A stretch of DNA of 64,000 bases from Acidobacteriota bacterium (GTDB lineage: Bacteria; Acidobacteriota; UBA6911; RPQK01; JAJDTT01): assembly GCA_965222655.1 (NCBI GenBank), contig CBDCUP010000019.1, positions 280,825 to 344,824 of the forward strand. Direction: 5' to 3'. The position numbers were made by a program, and so were the translations under genes. Below are positions 40,284 to 49,878 of the stretch, piece after piece (position 1 is the first letter of the stretch; each line of letters opens with the position of its first letter). The notes beneath the pieces were generated by a model. The model did not search any database, was not told the origin of the DNA, and saw nothing but the letters and a program-made list of their open reading frames with translations.

Positions 40284-41516
40284 ATGTTCCAGTTTAGGTT
40301 TTCGCTGGTGCTTGGTCTGGTGACCTTGTTTTTCACGCCCGGTTACGGAGCGATCAAGAGGCTCGACGATCCGAACGCCTTTTCAGGTGCTTCCGTGACG
40401 ATCGACTTCGAAGGTCAGATCGAGGGAGCTGATGCCCGTAATCTGTTCGGCTCATGGCATTTGGCTTTCAAGGCGCCAGATCCCGACACCGTCCGGATCC
40501 GGAGCGAGTTCGTCCTCTTTTCGAACAATGTCATCAGAAACGAGGCCTTGGAGGGCTCTTCATCCGGCAGGCCTCTTATTATCAATCTTGGCCACCCATT
40601 CAAACGGGTTGGGTTCGTGCTCGGGAACGGCGGGCCCGGAGTGAGCGCCACGGCGCGGGCCTTTGATGAACAGGGAAACCTCCTGGGTGCCGAGATCGTA
40701 GATGATCTGATGGAGACCACTTTTCTTGGATTGGAGGATGAGGGAACCGCAGGCATCGCGAAGGTCACCATAGACTACGGAGCCTCTGATGCCGAGGAGC
40801 AGATCGACGATTTCATTTTCGACTATGGCTCTTCCCACGTGTTCAACACCTATGTTGCTCAGGTGGCCGACGCCCTTCAACTACAGACGGTGCTTGTCGT
40901 CTCGAATCTGAGTGCCACCACCGCTGATGGCGAACTGAGACTCTTTGACACGACCGGTGCTCCCCTTTCTCTCGACCTGAGTGGTACCACTGCCAGCGTC
41001 TTTCCATTTTCGATTGAGCCCTTCGGATCCGCCACTTTCAATACCACCGGGCTTGGTCCTGATGTGTCGGTTGGGTACGCGTGCATCGAGGCCAATGCGC
41101 CTGTGGGGTCCACCGCCATCTTCAGGATCTTGGATGCCGAAGGGAATGCGACCTCGGAAGCGGGAATCGGAGGATCCACCGGCACGTATATTTCAGTGGG
41201 TGTAGTGCAGAGGCGTATCCAGGGCGACGTCAACAGCGGCATTGCTGCCGTCAATATCTCCCCGGACATGAACGCCAGCAGCATTCGGCTGCTCAATGGC
41301 GCTGGGGTCGAGATCGCCTCAGACCTCGATTTTCTGGACCTGGAAGGAGGCCAGCAGAAGGCTCGCTTCTTGAACGAGATCTTCCCGGGCCTCCCGGCTG
41401 AAGACTTGGATGGTACACTGGTAATCACGAGTGACAAACCACTGGTGGTCGCAATTCTTCGCACCGCCGCCGGTCTTGTTATCTCGAGTCTGCCCGTAGG
41501 GAGTACACAGAAATAG
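40284..41516 (+). CDS. hypothetical secreted protein
   Basis: Signal peptide MFQFRFSLVLGLVTLFFTPGYGA; 410 aa. Confidence 0.45.
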   Translation: MFQFRFSLVLGLVTLFFTPGYGAIKRLDDPNAFSGASVTIDFEGQIEGADARNLFGSWHLAFKAPDPDTVRIRSEFVLFSNNVIRNEALEGSSSGRPLIINLGHPFKRVGFVLGNGGPGVSATARAFDEQGNLLGAEIVDDLMETTFLGLEDEGTAGIAKVTIDYGASDAEEQIDDFIFDYGSSHVFNTYVAQVADALQLQTVLVVSNLSATTADGELRLFDTTGAPLSLDLSGTTASVFPFSIEPFGSATFNTTGLGPDVSVGYACIEANAPVGSTAIFRILDAEGNATSEAGIGGSTGTYISVGVVQRRIQGDVNSGIAAVNISPDMNASSIRLLNGAGVEIASDLDFLDLEGGQQKARFLNEIFPGLPAEDLDGTLVITSDKPLVVAILRTAAGLVISSLPVGSTQK

Positions 41517-41529
41517 CGCTTCGAGTGCC

Positions 41530-41955
41530 TTGTGGCCTGTACTTTTACGATGGGCTAGCCGGCTTGCTCCCCTAGGTATCAAGGTGATGAAACTCAGTGC
41601 TCCCTTCCATATGTTTCGTCGAGGGTATCGATCTCATCTGAAGCTGGGGGTCCTGGTGGCTTGGGGATTCATGGCCCTGGCCCAAGCAGACGAATGGGTT
41701 GGAGTCTGGCGGATTACAGCCGTCGACGGCAGTCCCCTGGGAGTCACCTACCACCTTGCAATTTCAGGCGCAGAGGAGCGTAGTATTCGAGTCTTTGATG
41801 AGACTGGAAGACCCCTGATCGTACTGGACACGCATTTTGACGAGGCAGAACTGAATCTGGTGAGCACTCGAGTCGCCAGTAGGCCTCTACCCCTGCGCCT
41901 GCAGGCGACACGCACAGAGGGTCGACTTAACAGTCTCGGAATTTCAATCAAGTGA
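41530..41955 (+). CDS. hypothetical protein
   Basis: 141-aa ORF with hydrophobic N-terminus; weak support. Confidence 0.3.
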   Translation: MWPVLLRWASRLAPLGIKVMKLSAPFHMFRRGYRSHLKLGVLVAWGFMALAQADEWVGVWRITAVDGSPLGVTYHLAISGAEERSIRVFDETGRPLIVLDTHFDEAELNLVSTRVASRPLPLRLQATRTEGRLNSLGISIK

Positions 41956-42052
41956 GCTGTTCTCTGAGACCGCCCTTTCGTCACAGCCGGGGTGTCCCGA
42001 AACAGCCTTTTACGGCCTTGGCCGTCGGCACGAAGTGCCTACCTACTTAAAG
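41925..42052. repeat. about 125-bp inverted repeat, copy 2
   Basis: Reverse complement of 28108-28230. Confidence 0.85.
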
Positions 42053-43059
42053 GTGAGTGGACTCATATCCACCCCCAATACCCTACGGGAGGACAGCTAA
42101 CCGGTGTTAAAGTGAGTGCACTCTCAGGCGATTGGCAGCCCTTTAAAAAGTTGCGTAAACGTCACCAGGGCCCGTTCCTGGATGCTACCACGCTGCTCTG
42201 TGAAAGTGAAAAGTGGGAGACTTTCGAGGACTTTTCTGCATTCTGGGATCAGGAGGTAGAATCGAGTTTCTATTTGTTGCTCCAGGACCTGCTCTATAGC
42301 GATCGAGTAACACCGGAGAAGAAGGAGAAAGAGCTCAGGCGTATCTTTGCTCAGGTGAAGCGGCCGGGGGCGAAACTTGATTTCGTCCTGCATTTTCCGG
42401 AGCTGGTCGAGAGTGCGATCCGGGAGGTTACTGCTCAGTTCCCCGACTGGCAGCCGAGTTTCCACATCGTCAGCACCGTGGGCCCTTCCGCAGTCACAAC
42501 GAAGATCCTCTGGAGCCGACCTCTGGGCCCCGATGGAGGTTACAAGTGCTGCTCTGAAGAAGTCGTTGAGGTGAGGGACGAAGTGTATCTTCTCTTCGAT
42601 CCCTTCAGGTTGGCATCGAGGCCGGAGATTGCCCCGATCGTGGTGAAAAGACAGCTGTTTACGGCTCTTCTTTGGCCCATCACCAATCAGTCGATGGGCG
42701 CTGGCGACTCCCCCTTGAGCATGGAGATCTTTCGCCGCGGACTGGCGCTCCATCTTGCCTTGCAAAATGCAAGTCCAGATTATGCTTCTTTCCCGGGCGA
42801 AGGGTTCCCTGGCGACGCGAGTCGGCTCCAACGAGACCTTTACAAGGCCACCTCGTTAGTTTGGAAAAATTATTTTCCACACAGTCTCAACTTCGCACAG
42901 GGTCTGGGATACCGCTGGGGGCGCCATTTCGCCCGTTCCCTCACACGCCGTTTCAGCACCAGCCAGTTGGCGATGTTGCAAGAGGGCCAGATCAGGAAGG
43001 AATGGAGTCGATATCTGACTCGTGCGTTTCGAGAGAAGGTGACACCCCGCGGCCCTTGA
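41992..43059 (+). CDS. hypothetical protein
   Basis: 355-aa ORF; its start lies inside repeat copy 2. Confidence 0.4.
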   Translation: MSRNSLLRPWPSARSAYLLKGEWTHIHPQYPTGGQLTGVKVSALSGDWQPFKKLRKRHQGPFLDATTLLCESEKWETFEDFSAFWDQEVESSFYLLLQDLLYSDRVTPEKKEKELRRIFAQVKRPGAKLDFVLHFPELVESAIREVTAQFPDWQPSFHIVSTVGPSAVTTKILWSRPLGPDGGYKCCSEEVVEVRDEVYLLFDPFRLASRPEIAPIVVKRQLFTALLWPITNQSMGAGDSPLSMEIFRRGLALHLALQNASPDYASFPGEGFPGDASRLQRDLYKATSLVWKNYFPHSLNFAQGLGYRWGRHFARSLTRRFSTSQLAMLQEGQIRKEWSRYLTRAFREKVTPRGP

Positions 43060-43146
43060 GGATACGCCTGTTGGCACGACCTGATTGACCGTGATGGCGG
43101 TGGTTTCCACAGACAATTCTCCTTATCCCGAACAGATCACCAAACC

Positions 43147-44262
43147 ATGACACTCGAACCCGTTCAACTCACTCAAGAGCTTGTCGATATCAAGTCCGTC
43201 AGCCGCTGGAGCAATCTCGAGATCTCAGCTCTTGTCGAAGAACGCATGGTCCAAAATGGGTTCGAGACCGAGCGGCTCGAGTATGTGGACGAAAACGGTG
43301 AAAAGAAGGCAAACATCGTTGGCAGGAAGGGGGAGGGTACAGGAGGACTGGCATTCTTCTCCCACACAGATACCGTACCCGGCCAGGAGCAGGATTGGGA
43401 TGCCTTTTCCTCGACGGTGAAGGATGGACGGATCATCGGACGTGGTAGCTGCGACATGAAGGGGCCACTGGCGGCTACTATGGTTGCGGCTGCCCAGTGT
43501 GATGCGTCGCGTCTGAAGCGGCCGGTCTTGGTGATGGCCACAGCGGATGAAGAGGTGGGAGGCCGGGGAGTCAAGCAGGTAGTGAGCACTTCAGAACTCC
43601 TGCGGACCGCCACGCCCGCGTTTGGCGTGGTGGCAGAGCCCACCAGCCTCATCCCCGTCTACGCGCATAAAGGGGGAGCGCAAGTCTTCGTCACCGCTCA
43701 CGGAAAGGCTGCCCATACCAGCATGGACCTGGGGATCTCAGCGAACTTCATCATTGCCCCTTTTCTCGCCGAGATGGCCGATCTGGCCAAGAAGGTCAGA
43801 ATCGATGAGCGATTCATGAACCACGATTTCAAGCCTCCCACGAATGGCTTCAATATGGTGCTGGACGACGGGGGTACGAAACAGAACGTCACTGCTGCCA
43901 AGACCGTCTGCCAGGTTTGTTTCAGGCCCATGCCCGGAGACAAGAGCCAGGAGTTGCTGGAACTCATTACCGAGAAGGCAAAGCAACACGGACTGGAAGT
44001 CGAATCACGCATGGGTATGCCCTACTACATCTCTCCGGATGCACCGATCGTTCGGCTGGCCTGTGAAGTCACTGGAGTCAAGGAGCCGCAAACCGTGCCA
44101 TTCGGAACCGATGCCGTCAGAATAGGAGATGCTCTTGATCTGGTGGTTCTGGGACCCGGCGATATTGCCCAGGCTCACACAGTCGGCGAGTGGATCGCGG
44201 TGGATAATCTTCACGAAGCCGTCAGAGTGTACACGGACATGATCGAGCACGCTTGCATGTGA
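43147..44262 (+). CDS. M20 family metallopeptidase (ArgE/DapE-like deacylase)
   Basis: FFSHTDTVPG, GRGSCDMKG, ATADEEVGG metal-binding motifs. Confidence 0.8.
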   Translation: MTLEPVQLTQELVDIKSVSRWSNLEISALVEERMVQNGFETERLEYVDENGEKKANIVGRKGEGTGGLAFFSHTDTVPGQEQDWDAFSSTVKDGRIIGRGSCDMKGPLAATMVAAAQCDASRLKRPVLVMATADEEVGGRGVKQVVSTSELLRTATPAFGVVAEPTSLIPVYAHKGGAQVFVTAHGKAAHTSMDLGISANFIIAPFLAEMADLAKKVRIDERFMNHDFKPPTNGFNMVLDDGGTKQNVTAAKTVCQVCFRPMPGDKSQELLELITEKAKQHGLEVESRMGMPYYISPDAPIVRLACEVTGVKEPQTVPFGTDAVRIGDALDLVVLGPGDIAQAHTVGEWIAVDNLHEAVRVYTDMIEHACM

Positions 44263-44359
44263 CCTCAGCCTGCTTCCTCGACGCCGTCGTGCTCGCAACC
44301 GACCCAACCACCTTCTGCAATGCGACTTCTTACCAGCTGCGGGCGGAGGAAACACTGAG

Positions 44360-45310
44360 ATGGGAATTACTTCAATCGGCCTCGCTCTTTCTCTCCTTCT
44401 GTCCTTCGCACCCTTCCTGATGGCCGGAAGCGTCAAATCGTGGGAGGACTTGAAGCCGTATCAGGGCCGCGACTCCTATGTCCGGATCGATGGCGAGCTC
44501 AGACAGAAAATGTTTCTCGCCGTCTTCGATGAGATTCAGCGGCTCTATGGCGGAACAGTAGATGGTCAGCTTCACGAGGAGGTTGTTCTCCTATGCCCCC
44601 AGACGGCTGATTTCCTCTACTCCGAATTCACTCCGACCAGGGTCAGCTACCAGAAAGGGTCCCGACCCGTCCTTGAAGCCAAAGCGGGAGACTTGACCCG
44701 TGGTTTGGACGCTGACAGGCAGAAGGTTCTGGCCCTGCTGCGCTTCGTCAGGGATCTCTACAAAGGTTCCCCGGACAGCGCGCAGCCACCTCTTCAGGGG
44801 GGAACCGAAGAAGAGCTGATACAGTCCAATCCCCGGCTCTGTGAATCTCAGTCCCGCGTCCTGGCGGCGTTATGCCAGGTAGCGGGTTTCCCTTCCCGCA
44901 GGGTGGGACACTTCATTGGCGGCCATGCCGTCACCGAGGTCTTTTTCGAAGACAAGTGGGCCTACGTCGACATTCGTGGAATCTATTTTCTCAAGCCGGA
45001 CGGCAGGTTCGCCTCGACCTGGGAGGTCTGGCAGAACCCGGAATGGATCGAATCACAGAGCGAGGAAGTCAAGCGGGATCGACTCCCGGATGGCGACCCC
45101 CGAATCGACGACATCTATCGCTGGCAGGACACACCCGGGAAATACTTTCATCCCAGCGAGGTGACCACCATCATGAACTACGACCTCAGTCAGGTCGATC
45201 GCTATACCTACAGGAAAGTCGATCCTCGGAAGCTGGGGACACCTGAGGACGAACTCAAGCGCATCAGGCAGAAGCTCGGATCCTGGAGGCAGCTGATCTT
45301 TTCGAAGTAG
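44360..45310 (+). CDS. transglutaminase-like cysteine protease superfamily protein, secreted
   Basis: Signal peptide; RLCESQSRVLAALCQVAGFPSRRVGHF...GHAVTEV...D Cys-His-Asp arrangement. Confidence 0.55.
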   Translation: MGITSIGLALSLLLSFAPFLMAGSVKSWEDLKPYQGRDSYVRIDGELRQKMFLAVFDEIQRLYGGTVDGQLHEEVVLLCPQTADFLYSEFTPTRVSYQKGSRPVLEAKAGDLTRGLDADRQKVLALLRFVRDLYKGSPDSAQPPLQGGTEEELIQSNPRLCESQSRVLAALCQVAGFPSRRVGHFIGGHAVTEVFFEDKWAYVDIRGIYFLKPDGRFASTWEVWQNPEWIESQSEEVKRDRLPDGDPRIDDIYRWQDTPGKYFHPSEVTTIMNYDLSQVDRYTYRKVDPRKLGTPEDELKRIRQKLGSWRQLIFSK

Positions 45311-45374
45311 GGAAGGTCTCCGGATGGTTCCACCCCCAGGAAGCCCTGTCCCATTCCAGAAAGAAGCTTCGGTT

Positions 45375-45431
45375 GTAGGACGGGCACTCTTGCCCGTCAA
45401 GAACGGCGACGGGCAAGAGTGCCCGTCCTAC
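45375..45431. repeat. REP-like palindromic element, family 1, copy 2
   Basis: gtaggacgggcactcttgcccgtc-aagaacggc-gacgggcaagagtgcccgtcctac, perfect 24-bp arms. Confidence 0.85.
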
Positions 45432-45519
45432 AAGCGGTCAGAGCTCGATTCGATGAACTCTTGCACGATCTCCTAGCTGATGACGTTTCACCCTAGTCCC
45501 AACCCAATCAGGGCATCCT

Positions 45520-46626
45520 TCATTCAAAAAAAGACTCATCCACCAAGCATTCGTAGACCTGGGCGTGACCGGTTCGGTCCGAGGTGAAGACGACCCTGCG
45601 GCCATCCGGAGAAAAGCAGGGATGCGGGTGTGTGTGTTGAGGTGCGTATACCTGGACCGGACCGTCGTCATATGGGCAGTGGGTAGTATCCCAGTGGGCG
45701 CCCACGTTGCTCGATCGGGAAGCACACAGTCGACGGGGATTGCCCGCTCTATCGCTGGGATCGAAGCAGTGAAGCCCGGTGTCGGGAAAGTTCGTATCCG
45801 CGACCATGAGCGAACCCTGTCGGTTGATCATCGGATGCCAGGCCTTGAAAGATGTTACTGACCGAAGGTCGCCCGAATCGATGTCAACGCCGATTACTCC
45901 ATGGGGCCAGTTTACCGCCAGCAGTTCACGGGAACCTGGATTCCAGGTCTCGTGCACGATCCACTCCCTGCGCTCTCGGTTGCGGCTGTAGACGAGACGG
46001 TTGTCGCTGCCGTCCCGGTCGATCACCCACAACCGGTTGTCGTGGGGACCGGCATAGCGCAGTAGGCTCGAATCATTGGGGTGAAACTCCGGATGTCCAA
46101 TCTGATCGCATTCGAGGATCACCTGTTGACTGCCGGTTCTGGTATCGATCAGCACGAAGCGCGTAACAGCGCCGGTCTTGACCGGGATGGCCCACCAGTT
46201 GTCGTCATAGCTGAGCGCCGTGGTGCCCATGGCGGCCGCCACCATTCCTTTCTCGCGAATCTCGGCGTCGCCGAAATCGGCGAGCTGTTCTTCCCTCAGC
46301 GAGTCAGTGTGGACCCTCCAAGCACCCGAGTCGTCGGTGAAATATACATGGCGTCCATCGTGGGAGGGGGTAATAGACCACTCGCTCAGCTTGTCATGTT
46401 GGGTCAGCTGGAGCAGCCCCTGGGAGCCCTGTCTCTCGGCGAAGATCTCGGGTCGGCCTGTCCGGTGCGAGATGAAGATCAATCTCGCCATCTCGTCATC
46501 GTAGGCCGGGATGTAGAAGAATGGATGATGATGAATCGAGGGATGGTTAGTCACCTGCCGGACGACGCAATTGGCTTGCTTCTGGACCCAGGCGCTCGAT
46601 TCGGAGGGGTAGACGCTTCCTTTAGC
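45520..46626 (-). CDS. oligogalacturonide lyase (Ogl)-like beta-propeller protein (tentative)
   Basis: MAKGSVYPSE start and ...HPCFSPDGRRVVFTSDRTGHAQVY C-terminal pattern reminiscent of the Ogl family; ORF track extends upstream to 46728. Confidence 0.5.
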   Translation of the reverse strand, partial: AKGSVYPSESSAWVQKQANCVVRQVTNHPSIHHHPFFYIPAYDDEMARLIFISHRTGRPEIFAERQGSQGLLQLTQHDKLSEWSITPSHDGRHVYFTDDSGAWRVHTDSLREEQLADFGDAEIREKGMVAAAMGTTALSYDDNWWAIPVKTGAVTRFVLIDTRTGSQQVILECDQIGHPEFHPNDSSLLRYAGPHDNRLWVIDRDGSDNRLVYSRNRERREWIVHETWNPGSRELLAVNWPHGVIGVDIDSGDLRSVTSFKAWHPMINRQGSLMVADTNFPDTGLHCFDPSDRAGNPRRLCASRSSNVGAHWDTTHCPYDDGPVQVYAPQHTHPHPCFSPDGRRVVFTSDRTGHAQVYECLVDESFFE

Positions 46627-46657
46627 CATGACCGGGCTGCTCACTCCTACGTGGCTT

Positions 46658-46729
46658 CGGTCTCCAGGCCGAAGTGTTCTTGTCGAGCCTGGCGGCTCGA
46701 CCGACGGCGGCCTGGAGACCGCCACCACG
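46658..46729. repeat. nested-palindrome REP-like element, family 2
   Basis: cggtctccaggccgaag...tcgagcc-tggcg-gctcga...ggcggcctggagaccgccaccacg. Confidence 0.7.
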
Positions 46730-46745
46730 AAACCCTACCTCGAGA

Positions 46746-47777
46746 TCACTTTCCACGCCGATGGGCCAACCCCAGTACCGAAAGGGCGTTCCGGCTCAGG
46801 ATCTTGTTCCTATCCTGGGGAGGCAAGGACATCTTGTCGATCGCCGAGAGGGTTTCTCGAATGAACCCGGGTCCCTTTTCCGGGTCGAAGGGCATGTCGG
46901 AGCCGAACATCATGCGCTCGGCGCCGAAGAAGGCGATGCCGCACTCGATGGCTGCCTGCGATCCGAAGGTTGCCGTATCGGCGTAGAACCGCCGAAAAGC
47001 GTCGAGGGGCGGTTCCTGTAGGGGCGTCGCTACCGCATCTGCCAGCTCCGGTGGGTTTCGCGTTCCGAGCATCTGCAGGCCGGGCCCGAAGCGACCTTCC
47101 ATCATGGGAACCACTCCGCCGGCATGATGCGTGATGATCACCAGGTCGGGGTAGCGGTCGAAGAGTCCCGAGAACACCAGGCGGCCCATGGCCAGACTCG
47201 TCTCATAAGGCCACCCCAGCGCCCACCAGAGGTCGTACTTTGATACTTCTTCGTCCGGATAGTCCGACCTGCTCATGGCGCGTGCGGGATGAAGCCAGAT
47301 CGGTTTCCGCAGTTCTCCCATCGCCTCGAATAGTTGAAGGAACGGCTGCTGGTCCAAAGGTTGACCATTGACGTTCGTGAACACCTGGACGCCCACTGCT
47401 CCCAGCTCCCGGGTCGCACGTTCCGCCTCGGCCAGCGCGGCCTCGGGGTTGTTCATCGCCAGCGAGGCGACGAAACCCGGGAAGCGATCAGGGTGACGCT
47501 GGACCATCTCCGACTGGGCATCGTTGGCAATCCGGGCAAGATCCGCTGCTCCTGTGGGACCGTCCACGGCCTCGATCGGCGGCGACGCGATGCTGGGGAT
47601 CTGTCGGTAACCCTCGAACTGGTCCATCACCGAGAAACGGGCTTCAAGATCCACCATGACCGGGATCTGTGCAGCACGTTCCAACATGTGCAGCTGCTGA
47701 CCTGAACGGGCGAAGACCGCATCCAGGAATGGCTGTGGCAACCAGTGACAGAAGACGTCAACTACATCGGGCATCAT
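46746..47777 (-). CDS. amidohydrolase-2 family metal-dependent hydrolase
   Basis: VDVFCHWLP and TIM-barrel amidohydrolase_2 pattern. Confidence 0.7.
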   Translation of the reverse strand: MMPDVVDVFCHWLPQPFLDAVFARSGQQLHMLERAAQIPVMVDLEARFSVMDQFEGYRQIPSIASPPIEAVDGPTGAADLARIANDAQSEMVQRHPDRFPGFVASLAMNNPEAALAEAERATRELGAVGVQVFTNVNGQPLDQQPFLQLFEAMGELRKPIWLHPARAMSRSDYPDEEVSKYDLWWALGWPYETSLAMGRLVFSGLFDRYPDLVIITHHAGGVVPMMEGRFGPGLQMLGTRNPPELADAVATPLQEPPLDAFRRFYADTATFGSQAAIECGIAFFGAERMMFGSDMPFDPEKGPGFIRETLSAIDKMSLPPQDRNKILSRNALSVLGLAHRRGK

Positions 47778-48743
47778 CTAGAGGGCGTGTAGCTGCTGGA
47801 CGCAGTTGAACCCGATCGCTTCCAGGTCCACTCGAATTCGTTCGATCTCCTCATTCGCGAGCGGGCGGATGGGGCGTCTGAAGGTAGTGCTGGGAAACCT
47901 GCCCAGCAGCCAACGCGCCACCTTCATGCGCTGGTGGGCCGCAGAGCCTGGCTCCCCGAAGGCATACACAATGCGTGCCAGCGGCGCGACTACCTTCTGA
48001 GCCGCCTTGGCCCTGGCCAGGTCTCCATCCAGAGCGGCATGGACCAGCTTAACCATCAGCTCCGGGACGAAGCCGGCGAAGCCTATCAGCGCTCCGTCAC
48101 TCGCCTCCAGCAGTGTGGGCAACAGGAACTCATCGTGGCAGGTAATGATTGAGATGCTCGGCTCGACCTTCTTGATCTGCTCGTAGTCGAACAACCAGCG
48201 GGCCATGTCTCGGGTCCCCATCTTGATCGAGACAACTTGAGGAATCCGGGCCATCTCACACATCTCGTCGAGGCTGTAACCGGCCTTGGTCCAGGCCGGG
48301 TATTGGTGGACAATGATGGGAATGCCGGCTCCTTCTGCCAGGTCCTGGAAGAAGCCGATGGCAGTCTTTGAACTCCGCCCGAATCTGAGCCAGTGATGGG
48401 GAGGCATCAGCAAGATCGCGTCGGCTCCAGCTTCCCGGGCCGCCAGCGCATGATCGATCGCCTCCAGGCTTCCCTCGGCGGAAACCCCGGAAATCACTTT
48501 GACATCGGGGGCATGCTCTTGGGCTGCCCGGGCCACGATGGACGTTACCTTTGCCCGTTCCTGCGGGCGCAGCGACATCACTTCGCCGGTGTGCCCGTTG
48601 CAGGTTACGCCTCTGATGCCAGGAACGCCCGCCACCTCCGCGATGTAGGAACGGAGCCCTTCTTCGTCGATCGATTCGTCTTCATGGAAGGGACAGAGAG
48701 TCGCCGCGAAGACCCCTGACCAGGGATGGTCGTGCCAGCTCAT
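47778..48743 (-). CDS. DapA/NAL-family class I aldolase (dihydrodipicolinate synthase family)
   Basis: GV..NGHTGE motif region (GIRGVTCNGHTGEVMSL); adjacent to the upstream gene by 0 bp. Confidence 0.75.
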   Translation of the reverse strand: MSWHDHPWSGVFAATLCPFHEDESIDEEGLRSYIAEVAGVPGIRGVTCNGHTGEVMSLRPQERAKVTSIVARAAQEHAPDVKVISGVSAEGSLEAIDHALAAREAGADAILLMPPHHWLRFGRSSKTAIGFFQDLAEGAGIPIIVHQYPAWTKAGYSLDEMCEMARIPQVVSIKMGTRDMARWLFDYEQIKKVEPSISIITCHDEFLLPTLLEASDGALIGFAGFVPELMVKLVHAALDGDLARAKAAQKVVAPLARIVYAFGEPGSAAHQRMKVARWLLGRFPSTTFRRPIRPLANEEIERIRVDLEAIGFNCVQQLHAL

Positions 48744-48771
48744 TCGGTTTAGTCTCCTTCGGATCCAATCC

Positions 48772-49878
48772 TCAACGGCCCAGAAGCTGTGCGACCTTCG
48801 TCTTCGCAGCCGAGCGTGCCTTCTCCATCACCGCGCTCAGTTCAACGGAGGCCCCGCCTCGGCGTTTGCTTTCGTCGGCAGCCTCCATGAAGGCGTAGAT
48901 CTCCAGGGTTTCTGAGTCGGCCACTGGAGAGACACCGCTGCGGAGGAACTTGACTATTTCGACCACCAGCGGCTCGTAGCCGTCGTAGGATCCAACCGCG
49001 GAGGTCCCCTCGGTCGTGAAGACCGTTCCTCCGTAGCCCTTCTTTCCGTCTCGAATGCCCCGAAAGGTACCGATCCGTCCACCCTCCCAGATCCCGACCA
49101 GGACGTCAGTTCCAGACGACGTGGATCGGCTGACGCTCTGGCATCCGGTACCCATGACCGTGAAGAGACTCTCCAGCCCGTGAATACCGTACCAGAACAG
49201 ATCCGGATGGTGGGGCTCCAACGGGGAGGGCGAGTAGGTATCGCAACCGATCACCTTTCCCCGCTTGCCGGCGCGGACTTCCTGGACGCCTTTGCCATAG
49301 CGGAGGGCAGACGAGGAGAAAATGGGAACCCGGTAGTGGCGCGCCAGCTCGAAAATGGCAATTGTGTCAACCAGGGTGCCCCCTACCGGTTTGTCGATGA
49401 AAAGTGTCTTGCCGGATCGCAGGACGGGCAGGGCCTGTTGGAGGTGCGGGCGTCCGTCGTTTGTTTCCAGCATGACTACATCCACCTTGCCCAGCAGGGC
49501 CTCGATGGAATCGACTATCTCGACCTCCATTTCGCGCATGCTCTGGGTATATTTCGGAACCCGGCTCACGCTCGACTCGATATCCTGACTGCCCTCGGGA
49601 AAGGCGGCCACCACTCGACAGCCCAGCATCTCCGCCTTCCAGGCCGGGTCACGCATGATCTCGGTGAACTTGAGGGCGTGGGAAGTGTCCAGTCCGATAA
49701 TGCCGACCCTGAGCAGTTCTTCCGAGGGTTTTACCGCCAGCAGTGTAAGAGGCGAAAGCATGAAGCAGATCGCTAGCGTCTTCAGCAAGTCAAAACCTCG
49801 CTTTCTTTGCTTTTCCTTCATTCCAACGTTACCAAGAGTACATTGCATCGAGATCATCCCCCGGACATCTCGATCCAC
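48772..49878 (-). CDS. Gfo/Idh/MocA family NAD(P)-dependent oxidoreductase
   Basis: Signal-like N-terminus then LRVGIIGLDTSHALKF Rossmann N-terminus. Confidence 0.7.
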   Translation of the reverse strand: MDRDVRGMISMQCTLGNVGMKEKQRKRGFDLLKTLAICFMLSPLTLLAVKPSEELLRVGIIGLDTSHALKFTEIMRDPAWKAEMLGCRVVAAFPEGSQDIESSVSRVPKYTQSMREMEVEIVDSIEALLGKVDVVMLETNDGRPHLQQALPVLRSGKTLFIDKPVGGTLVDTIAIFELARHYRVPIFSSSALRYGKGVQEVRAGKRGKVIGCDTYSPSPLEPHHPDLFWYGIHGLESLFTVMGTGCQSVSRSTSSGTDVLVGIWEGGRIGTFRGIRDGKKGYGGTVFTTEGTSAVGSYDGYEPLVVEIVKFLRSGVSPVADSETLEIYAFMEAADESKRRGGASVELSAVMEKARSAAKTKVAQLLGR

